Positions 1-6,772 of a stretch of 12,706 nucleotides of DNA are shown piece after piece; the first letter of the stretch is position 1, and every line of letters begins with the position of its first letter. Made by a program: the position numbers and the translations under genes. The DNA is from Gemmatimonadaceae bacterium (lineage in GTDB: Bacteria > Gemmatimonadota > Gemmatimonadetes > Gemmatimonadales > Gemmatimonadaceae). The stretch spans positions 1-12,706 of the forward strand of contig JANRJP010000015.1 in assembly GCA_033763905.1 (NCBI GenBank), in the 5' to 3' direction. Under the pieces are notes generated by a model. That model had not been told where the DNA came from, did not search any database, and saw nothing but the letters and a program-made list of their open reading frames with translations.

Positions 1-83
1 CGCTCGGTGAGCTCTTTGGCCGCCCAGCCGCCGGAAATGCCGGATCCGACGACGATGGCGTCGAACTTCCGCTGCAGGCTCAT
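1..83 (-). CDS. GMC family FAD-dependent oxidoreductase, N-terminal fragment (continues beyond left edge)
   Basis: Not in the ORF track. Reverse-strand translation from ATG at 83 gives MSLQRKFDAIVVGSGISGGWAAKELTE, a GxGxxG FAD-binding start typical of GMC oxidoreductases. The ATG overlaps the upstream TGA (TGATG). Confidence 0.85.
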   Translation of the reverse strand, partial: MSLQRKFDAIVVGSGISGGWAAKELTE

Positions 84-655
84 CAGTGCGACCCTCCGTG
101 CGGCGCGATCTCGACGCAGCCTTCGTAGCCGCCGTGAATGATGCGCCTGTGCAGCACATCGGTCTGAATCACTTCGCTGGTAATCCACGCGTGGACGGTC
201 CAGCTCTTCACTCGCCGCAGCGCGCGCTGCCCCGCCGTTGGGTCGCTGGTGGATGCTTCAGCCCACGCGATCTCGCGCTCGGCGGTCGCCGTGTCGAGCG
301 CGGCCCATCCCTTGCCGTACTGCGCATTGGCGCGCGCGTCGAGTTCAGCGAGTCCGGTGCGCAGCGCCGTTCGTTCGTCGTCGGATGCCCATTCGTCGAA
401 CAGCACGCCAATGAACGCTGGAGCACCGACGTCAATCGCCCCGGGCGTGTCGGTGCGCGGAATCACCGCATTCGCAATCGCGCGAATCGTCGATTCCTCG
501 AGCGCCGTCAGCGACGACCCGCCGAACACATCGCCGCCCAGCGCCCGCGCCCACGCGCCTCGGGTCCATGCGGTGTCGGGCAGGGCCGCCGAGACTTGGC
601 GCGGGACCGCCGCCAGCGCGGCCAGAGTCAACAACGAGCGACGGGAGAGCGTCAT
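83..655 (-). CDS. Gluconate 2-dehydrogenase subunit 3 family protein, Tat-exported
   Basis: Part of ORF 83..712. The preferred start is ATG at 655 (MTLSRRSLL, twin-arginine motif followed by a hydrophobic stretch). It has the family-like motif AVIPRTDTPGAIDVGAPAFI and a C-terminal GYEGC, and sits next to a GMC gene. Confidence 0.8.
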   Translation of the reverse strand: MTLSRRSLLTLAALAAVPRQVSAALPDTAWTRGAWARALGGDVFGGSSLTALEESTIRAIANAVIPRTDTPGAIDVGAPAFIGVLFDEWASDDERTALRTGLAELDARANAQYGKGWAALDTATAEREIAWAEASTSDPTAGQRALRRVKSWTVHAWITSEVIQTDVLHRRIIHGGYEGCVEIAPHGGSH

Positions 656-754
656 CGGCACGGCACGTGAGGGTGAACCCGGAGACTCGACCGCAAACGT
701 CGGGCTTGGCACGCCAATGCGCCAGTGTCATCACCGTTCGAGCCGGACTCGACG

Positions 755-760
755 TAGAAT
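755..760 (+). promoter_or_regulatory. Putative sigma70-type -10 element (TAGAAT) for trmL
   Basis: TAGAAT ends 9 nt before the ATG at 770. There is no Shine-Dalgarno and no clear -35. Confidence 0.4.
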
Positions 761-769
761 CCACCGCGT

Positions 770-1234
770 ATGTCCATTCACGTTGTGCTCGTGCACCCCG
801 AGATTCACTGGAACACCGGCAACGCCGGACGGACCTGCCTGGCGCTGGGCGCGACACTGCATTTGATCGAGCCTTTGGGGTTTTCGCTCGACGAACGGCA
901 GGTGAAGCGCGCGGGGCTCGACTACTGGGAGCACGTGGACGTACGCACGTGGCCCGACTGGGCGAGCTTCGACGCGGCATTGCCGTCGCTTGGGACACCG
1001 TGGGTGTTCGACGAGCACGCCAACCGCCAGTACTGGGACGCACCACTGGGTGGGGAGGAGTCGCTGGTGCTGATCTTCGGCAAGGAAAAGGGCGGGCTGC
1101 CCGACGCGGTCCGCACGCGCTATGCCGACCGACTCTTGGCGATGCCCATCCACTCGCCACAAGTGCGGTCGCTCAACCTGTCCACCACAGTGGCGCTGGC
1201 CCTGTACGAAGTGGCGCGGCAGCGGCGTCGCTGA
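770..1234 (+). CDS. trmL: tRNA (cytidine/uridine(34)-2'-O)-methyltransferase, SPOUT family
   Basis: 154 aa with TrmL motifs PEIHWNTGNAGRTC, LHLIEPLGF, KRAGLDYW, FGKEKGGLP and RSLNLS. Confidence 0.95.
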   Translation: MSIHVVLVHPEIHWNTGNAGRTCLALGATLHLIEPLGFSLDERQVKRAGLDYWEHVDVRTWPDWASFDAALPSLGTPWVFDEHANRQYWDAPLGGEESLVLIFGKEKGGLPDAVRTRYADRLLAMPIHSPQVRSLNLSTTVALALYEVARQRRR

Positions 1235-1235
1235 A

Positions 1236-1275
1236 GGCGTTCGGCGTGGTCTCCCCTGCGCCCCACGCCGACGCC
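1236..1275 (+). terminator. GC-rich stem-loop just downstream of trmL (possible terminator or stabiliser; no U-tract)
   Basis: GGCGTTCGGCGTGG (1236-1249) pairs with CCACGCCGACGCC (1263-1275): 13 bp with one bulged T. Confidence 0.4.
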
Positions 1276-1279
1276 GCTG

Positions 1280-1285
1280 TAGAAT
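1280..1285 (+). promoter_or_regulatory. Putative -10 element (TAGAAT) upstream of the iorA-like gene
   Basis: GTAGAAT, the same motif as before trmL, ending 42 nt upstream of ATG 1328. Confidence 0.35.
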
Positions 1286-1327
1286 GCAAGACGGTTCGCC
1301 ACAGGCAGACTTCGACCCGAGATCCCG

Positions 1328-1798
1328 ATGCCGATCGCCTTCTCCGTCAACGGCACACCGCGCGAAAGCGGCGATGCCCCCGAGACGCCGCTGCTCTGGG
1401 TACTTCGAGACACCCTGGGGCTCACTGGCACCAAGTACGGATGCGGCATTGCGCAGTGCGGCGCCTGTACCGTCCACATCGATGGCCAGGCGCAGCGGTC
1501 GTGCGCGGTGCCGGTCTCTACGGTGCAGGGCAAGGATGTGGTGACGATCGAAGCGCTCAGCGCGGACCCCCGCGGCAAAGCGCTGCAGGAGGCGTGGGTG
1601 GCGCATCAGGTGCCGCAGTGCGGCTACTGCCAGAGCGGCTTTCTGATGGCGGCTACCGATCTCCTCAAGGCCACGCCCCAGCCCACGGACGCCCAGATCG
1701 AGCGCGCGCTGACGAACATCTGCCGTTGCGGGACACAGCCGCGAATGAAGGCGGCGATCCGTGATGCCGCAGCGGCCATTGCCGGAGGTGCCGCGTGA
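1328..1798 (+). CDS. (2Fe-2S)-binding small subunit, isoquinoline 1-oxidoreductase alpha / CoxS-like
   Basis: Two [2Fe-2S] cysteine sets: GTKYGCGIAQCGACTV...RSC and QCGYCQSG...NICRCG. The PLLWVLRD motif is also present. Confidence 0.93.
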   Translation: MPIAFSVNGTPRESGDAPETPLLWVLRDTLGLTGTKYGCGIAQCGACTVHIDGQAQRSCAVPVSTVQGKDVVTIEALSADPRGKALQEAWVAHQVPQCGYCQSGFLMAATDLLKATPQPTDAQIERALTNICRCGTQPRMKAAIRDAAAAIAGGAA

Positions 1799-3936
1799 AC
1801 CAGCCGACCAGCAATGGCGTCAGCCGCCGTACCTTCCTGGCCGCCGGCGCGGGCGCGGTGCTCATCGTGGGCATTGCAGCGGCGGCCAAGCGCTTCCGCA
1901 TCTTCGCCAGCGCGGCTGACGCCGAGGCAGGACGACTCAATGCGTGGGTGATGATCGACGCCGACGGCAGCGTCGTGATCACGACGCACCGCGCCGAGAT
2001 GGGCCAAGGCGCGTATTCGGTCGTGCCGCAGATCGTAGCCGAAGAGCTGGACGTGGACTACGACAGCGTGCGCATCGTGGTCGCCGATGGCGACAACGAT
2101 CGCTACGGCAATCAGGTGACCGGCGGCAGTTCCACCGTGCGCAGCGGCATCAACGCGCTCTTGGTGGCGGGCGCCACCGCGCGCGACCTGTTGGTGCGTG
2201 CGGCCGCCGAGCAGTGGGCAGTGCCGGCCGAGCAGTGTCGCGCGGAGCGCGGCGTGGTGTACCACGACGCGAGCAAGCGGTCGGCGCCGTACGGGGCGCT
2301 CGTGGCCGTTGCGGCGTCGCTCAAGCCCAACGACAAGCCGCCGCTCAAGGCCAAGGCGCAGTACAAGGTGATTGGGCAGTCGGTCAAGCGTCGCGACATT
2401 CCGTCGAAGGTGAACGGATCGGCGACCTATGGCATCGACTTCCGGCTGCCGGGGATGCGCTTCGCCGTCGTGGAGCGCAGCCCGCGATTCGAAGGGCGTG
2501 TGAAGTCGTTCGACGCGAGCAAGGCCAAGGCGGTGCCGGGCGTGACCGATGTCGTGAAGGTCGAGCGCGATGTCTTTGGCCACGCGCGCGAAGGCGTGGC
2601 GGTGGTGGCCACATCGACGTGGGCGGCGATGCAGGGTCGCAAGGTGCTGACGGTGGAGTGGGACGACAGCGGCATCGCCGCCGTCGATTCCGTCGCGCTG
2701 CGCAGCAGGTTGCAGCAGGCCACGCAGGAGTCTGGCCTCGAGCACAAAGCACAGGGCAATCTCACCGCGGCGCTCGGTGCCGATGCGCTGGACGTGCTGT
2801 ACGAGACGCCGTACCAGGCCCACGCCTGTATGGAGCCGCTCAACTGCACGGCACACGTCACTACGGACCGCGCCGAGATCTGGGGACCGATTCAGGGCCC
2901 CGATTGGGTGCGCAGTCACCTCGCCGCCGCGCTCAAGCTGCCGATGGACAAGGTGACGGTGCATATGACGATGCTCGGCGGCGGATTCGGTCGCAAAGCC
3001 TTTATGGACTATCCGCACGAAGCCGCGATGCTGTCGCGCGCGATCGGTACGCCGGTGCAGGTGGTCTGGACGCGCGAAGATGATCTCACTGCGGGGCCGT
3101 TCCGGCCGGGGATGACGTACCGCTGCCGCGGCGACGTGACCGATGGGCGCGTGAGCGGACTCGAGGTGGTGATGGCGGGACAGAATATGGACCGTCAGGA
3201 ACCCACGTCGAAGGCCACGGCGAACGCGAACGTGGTGGAAGGCTTGCCGGAGCAGTGGATGTCGCGGATTCCCGCCTGGCGGTTCGCCGACGTGCACGTG
3301 CCGACGCCAGTGCCGGTGATGTGGTGGCGCTCGGTGTATTCGAGCACGAACGCCTTCGCGTTCGAGAGCTTCTTCGACGAACTCGCGCGCGCAGCTAACG
3401 CCGACCCGCTGGACTTCCGCAAGGCGAATCTGGACGACGCGCGCGTGTCGGCGTTGCTCGATCGATTGGCCGAGGTCAGCGGGTGGCGCGATCGCAAGCC
3501 GGGCGCCGGCTACGGGATGTCGCTCACGTACTGCTTTGAGTCGTACGCGGCGCACGTGGTGAAAGTCGCGCGGGCCGCGGGTGGCGGTGTGCGCATCGAG
3601 AAGGTCTGGACCGTGCTCGACTGCGGGCTTGCCGTGAATCCGGACACGATCAAGTCGCAGATCGAAGGGAGCATCGTGATGGCCCTGGGCGCGGCGATCA
3701 CGCACGAGATGACCTTTGTCGACGGTCGCGCCGCAGCGAGCAACTTCGATCGCTACCCGATGCCGAAGCTGGCCGACGTGCCGCCGATCGAGGCGCACGT
3801 GATGGCGAGTGATGCGGCGCCTGGCGGTGCGGGCGAGCCCGCGTTGCCAGGGGTCGCGCCCGCGCTGGCGAACGCGATCTTCGACCTGACGGGGCGACGC
3901 CATCGGGCGATGCTGATACCTGTCTCTGGCGTGTAG
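1795..3936 (+). CDS. Xanthine dehydrogenase-family molybdopterin-binding subunit, isoquinoline 1-oxidoreductase beta-like, with Tat signal
   Basis: The GTG start overlaps the small-subunit stop (GTGA). It has a Tat motif (SRRTFL) and the motifs EMGQG, TGGSS, HACMEP, GGGFGRK, WWRSV, DCGLAVNPD, QIEG and GAGEP. Confidence 0.92.
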   Translation: MNQPTSNGVSRRTFLAAGAGAVLIVGIAAAAKRFRIFASAADAEAGRLNAWVMIDADGSVVITTHRAEMGQGAYSVVPQIVAEELDVDYDSVRIVVADGDNDRYGNQVTGGSSTVRSGINALLVAGATARDLLVRAAAEQWAVPAEQCRAERGVVYHDASKRSAPYGALVAVAASLKPNDKPPLKAKAQYKVIGQSVKRRDIPSKVNGSATYGIDFRLPGMRFAVVERSPRFEGRVKSFDASKAKAVPGVTDVVKVERDVFGHAREGVAVVATSTWAAMQGRKVLTVEWDDSGIAAVDSVALRSRLQQATQESGLEHKAQGNLTAALGADALDVLYETPYQAHACMEPLNCTAHVTTDRAEIWGPIQGPDWVRSHLAAALKLPMDKVTVHMTMLGGGFGRKAFMDYPHEAAMLSRAIGTPVQVVWTREDDLTAGPFRPGMTYRCRGDVTDGRVSGLEVVMAGQNMDRQEPTSKATANANVVEGLPEQWMSRIPAWRFADVHVPTPVPVMWWRSVYSSTNAFAFESFFDELARAANADPLDFRKANLDDARVSALLDRLAEVSGWRDRKPGAGYGMSLTYCFESYAAHVVKVARAAGGGVRIEKVWTVLDCGLAVNPDTIKSQIEGSIVMALGAAITHEMTFVDGRAAASNFDRYPMPKLADVPPIEAHVMASDAAPGGAGEPALPGVAPALANAIFDLTGRRHRAMLIPVSGV

Positions 3937-3945
3937 TTCGTACGG

Positions 3946-4512
3946 ATGACCGTGCTGGCTGCCTCGGAACTGCTGCGTCGGACCGGTCGCGGGCTGCTCG
4001 GCGTGGACTCGTCGTACGAGCAGATGCGAATCGTGCTTCGTGAGTTTTGTCGGATGACAGAGTCGCCCGCCGGCGAGTACTTCTGTCTTGAGCCAGATGT
4101 GGACCGTATGGTCGCGTGCGTTGGCTGGGGCGTGGATGCGCCTGCGCGTCGGTTCTTGGCCCAGTCGTCTGCATACGCGTTCCCTAAGGGGGTCGGTGCG
4201 ATCGGCCGGGCGTGGGAGTCGTCGGGCGTGCTTGTGATCGATGATCTGGAGAACCACCCCGACTACCTGCGCGGCCGCGAGGCATTCGGTGCGAGTCTCC
4301 AATCGCTTGTAGCGCTGGCGGTTCCTGGCGGACCGTCGGGTTACCTCGGGATCATTGCCGTGTACGGGCGTGCCCCGATGACCGCCGAGGGGCGACTTGC
4401 AGAGAGCGCGCAGCTCAAAGGGCGAGTCGAGCTGCTTCCGGTTGCCGTCGCATTGGTCTCTGGCCTCCTCGCCAGCAACCGGCTCAAAGCGCGAGTCCCT
4501 GACAGCGCGTAA
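3946..4512 (+). CDS. Stand-alone GAF domain-containing protein
   Basis: 188 aa, starting 9 nt after the Mo-subunit stop. The segment FPKGVGAIGRAWESSGVLVIDDLENHPDY...SLVALAVP...LGIIAVY matches the GAF pattern. No output domain is visible. Confidence 0.7.
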   Translation: MTVLAASELLRRTGRGLLGVDSSYEQMRIVLREFCRMTESPAGEYFCLEPDVDRMVACVGWGVDAPARRFLAQSSAYAFPKGVGAIGRAWESSGVLVIDDLENHPDYLRGREAFGASLQSLVALAVPGGPSGYLGIIAVYGRAPMTAEGRLAESAQLKGRVELLPVAVALVSGLLASNRLKARVPDSA

Positions 4513-4514
4513 GG

Positions 4515-4540
4515 GACTAACGGACCACTCCGTAGTTTGT
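4515..4540 (+). terminator. Possible weak intrinsic terminator after the GAF gene
   Basis: GACTAACGGA-ccac-TCCGTAGTT hairpin (one bulge, terminal G-U pair), followed by the T-rich TGTCGGTTTGT. Confidence 0.3.
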
Positions 4541-4729
4541 CGGTTTGTGGCGGTTGGCACCGGAGGATAGCTCCGTCGCCGAACTCATTGAGTGATAACG
4601 GGTTGGCTCGTACGCGGCGTCCCTGATGCGCATTCGGGCGAAGCGCCGACATCGAAAGTCGCAGGTAATCCACAACGTTGGGTGCAGTGGAAGTCTTACC
4701 CATTGTCCCACTTCGGATTCCTTCGGACT

Positions 4730-6772
4730 ATGCGCTTCACACCACGGACGGTCGGCACCGCGGCACTCGCCGCAGGTGCACTAGGGCTTCTCGCCTACGC
4801 GTGCGCTCCCGCGACAGGCGCCAAAGGCAGCCTGTCAAGTTCGCAGAACGCAGAGCGTGTCTACGTACCTCCCGGTCAACACGACGAGTTCTATGCCGTG
4901 CTGTCTGGCGGTTTCAACGGGCAGTTGTCTATCCAAGGTTTGCCGTCGGGTCGCGTGCTCAAAATCATTCCGGTATTCTCGCAGTTTCCCGAGAACGGCT
5001 GGGGCTACGCGGAAGAGACGAAGCCGATGCTGCAGACCACCTACGGCTTCGTGCCATGGGATGACACGCACCATCCAGAGCTCTCGCAGACCAATGGCGA
5101 GGTCGATGGCCGCTGGGTCTTCATCAACGCCAACAATACCCCGCGCATTGCACGGGTAGATCTGGCGACGATGGAAACGCACGAGATCCTAGAAATTCCG
5201 AATACCGGTGGCAACCACGCGTCCCCCTTCATCACGCCCAACTCCGAGTACGTCGTCGGCGCTACGCGCTTCTCGGTACCGACGCCGCAGCAGGACATCG
5301 CCATCAAGTCCTTTGCCGACGGCGCTTTCAAGGGAATGCTGACGTTCGTTCGCGCAAACGAGCCGGGTCGTATGGACATCGCGTGGCAAATTCTCGTACC
5401 GGGCTACAACTACGACCTGGCTCACGCCGGCAAGGGGCCCAGCGACGGCTGGATGTTCTTTACCGCTTACAACTCGGAGCAGGCCTACACCAAGCTTGAG
5501 GCCGGCGCGAGCAAGAGCGACAAGGACTTCATCGCAGCGGTGCACTGGAAATCGTTCGAAGCCTGCGCCAAACAAGGCAAGGGTACAACGTGGGACAGCG
5601 AGTATCGGCACAACGTCTACAACGAAGCGACGCACAGCGCGACCTCGAACCGAAAGACCGGTGTGCGGGTGATCACGCCCGCGGAGTGCCCTGGGTCGAT
5701 CTTCTATCTCCCGACGCCGAAGTCTCCGCACGGTGCGGATGTTGATCCGACTGGGCAGTACATCGTTGGTGGCGGGAAGCTTGCGACGGTCATTCCGGTT
5801 CACAGCTTCGAAAAGATGCAGCGAGCGATCGCCGCCAAGGCGTTCGAGAAGGAGATTGACGGCATTCCAGTGCTCAAGTATGACGCGGTGAACTTCTGCG
5901 AAGTGCAGAACCCGGGCTTGGGTCCACTCCACACGGAGTTCGACGGCAAGGGGAACGCCTACACGTCGGTGTTCATCTCATCCGAGATCGTCAAGTGGAC
6001 ATTGCCGGGCTGCGAAGTTGTTGATCGTCAGCCGACCTTCTATTCCATCGGCCACCTGATGATTCCCGGCGGCGATTCGAAGAAGCCTTTCGGCAAGTAT
6101 GTCATTGCGCTGAATAAGATCACCAAGGACCGCTACCTGCCCACGGGGCCGGAACTCACACAGAGCGCACAGCTCTACGATATCTCAGGTGACAAGATGC
6201 GGCTGTTGGCGGACTTCCCGACCATTGGCGAGCCGCACTATGCGCAGGCGCTTCCTGCGTCACTCATTGAGGAGCGTCAGGTCCGCTTCTTCAAAGTCGC
6301 GGAAAACACGCATCCGATGGTCGTTCGAGCCGAGAAGGACGCGGGCATTTCGCGCCGTGGCAAGACCGTGCACGTCAAGATGATTGCGATCCGATCACAC
6401 TTCACCCCGGACAACATTGAAGGCGTACAGGCCGGCGACACGGTGCTCTTCCACGTCACCAATATCGAACAGGACTGGGACATCCCGCACGGCTTTGCCG
6501 TGATGGGCGCACAGAACGCCGAACTGCTAGTGATGCCCGGTCAGACGCGGACGCTCAAGTGGGTCGTGCCGGAGAAGACCGGCGTGTACCCGTTCTACTG
6601 CACCGACTTCTGCTCCGCGTTGCATCAGGAAATGCAGGGATATGTCCGGGTGTCACCGCGTGGCAGCACCATCGCGCTGTCCGCGAACACCTCGGCGAAG
6701 ACCGAAGCCCAGATTCGCAAGCTGGCCGCGAGCAATAACCGCTTGAGCGGGGCAGGCAGTGCCCAGCGTTGA
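4730..6772 (+). CDS. nosZ: Nitrous-oxide reductase, clade II (Sec-type signal)
   Basis: Start placed at ATG 4730 (680 aa), where a signal peptide without twin arginines begins. All seven CuZ His contexts are present (DTHH, GNH, SPH, PLH, IGH, EPH). CuA ligands are IPHGF and CTDFCSALHQEM, the clade II-type form. There is no CxxCH. Confidence 0.97.
   Translation: MRFTPRTVGTAALAAGALGLLAYACAPATGAKGSLSSSQNAERVYVPPGQHDEFYAVLSGGFNGQLSIQGLPSGRVLKIIPVFSQFPENGWGYAEETKPMLQTTYGFVPWDDTHHPELSQTNGEVDGRWVFINANNTPRIARVDLATMETHEILEIPNTGGNHASPFITPNSEYVVGATRFSVPTPQQDIAIKSFADGAFKGMLTFVRANEPGRMDIAWQILVPGYNYDLAHAGKGPSDGWMFFTAYNSEQAYTKLEAGASKSDKDFIAAVHWKSFEACAKQGKGTTWDSEYRHNVYNEATHSATSNRKTGVRVITPAECPGSIFYLPTPKSPHGADVDPTGQYIVGGGKLATVIPVHSFEKMQRAIAAKAFEKEIDGIPVLKYDAVNFCEVQNPGLGPLHTEFDGKGNAYTSVFISSEIVKWTLPGCEVVDRQPTFYSIGHLMIPGGDSKKPFGKYVIALNKITKDRYLPTGPELTQSAQLYDISGDKMRLLADFPTIGEPHYAQALPASLIEERQVRFFKVAENTHPMVVRAEKDAGISRRGKTVHVKMIAIRSHFTPDNIEGVQAGDTVLFHVTNIEQDWDIPHGFAVMGAQNAELLVMPGQTRTLKWVVPEKTGVYPFYCTDFCSALHQEMQGYVRVSPRGSTIALSANTSAKTEAQIRKLAASNNRLSGAGSAQR

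Noticed and set aside
707..722. Sigma54-like TGGCACG...TGC upstream of trmL
   Set aside because: The GG-to-GC spacing is 9 or 11 nt, not the required 10.
568..1764. 398-aa plus-strand ORF and other alternative-frame ORFs (e.g. 1944..3083, 5189..5932, 7392..8498)
   Set aside because: They overlap confidently identified genes, have biased Arg/Ala/Pro composition and show no recognisable domains.
1624..4560. 978-aa minus-strand ORF
   Set aside because: It lies antisense to the well-supported ior-like and GAF genes, is Arg/His-rich and has no motifs. This is a typical high-GC shadow ORF.
4555..4618. Sigma54-like motifs upstream of nosZ (TGGCAC at 4555; TGGCTCG at 4604)
   Set aside because: The first has the wrong spacing. 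The second has GG-N10-GC but lacks the TTGC -12 context, which is too weak to call.
4592..4729. 46-aa N-terminal extension of NosZ from GTG 4592
   Set aside because: The signal peptide begins at ATG 4730. The extension would bury it and runs through the probable regulatory region.
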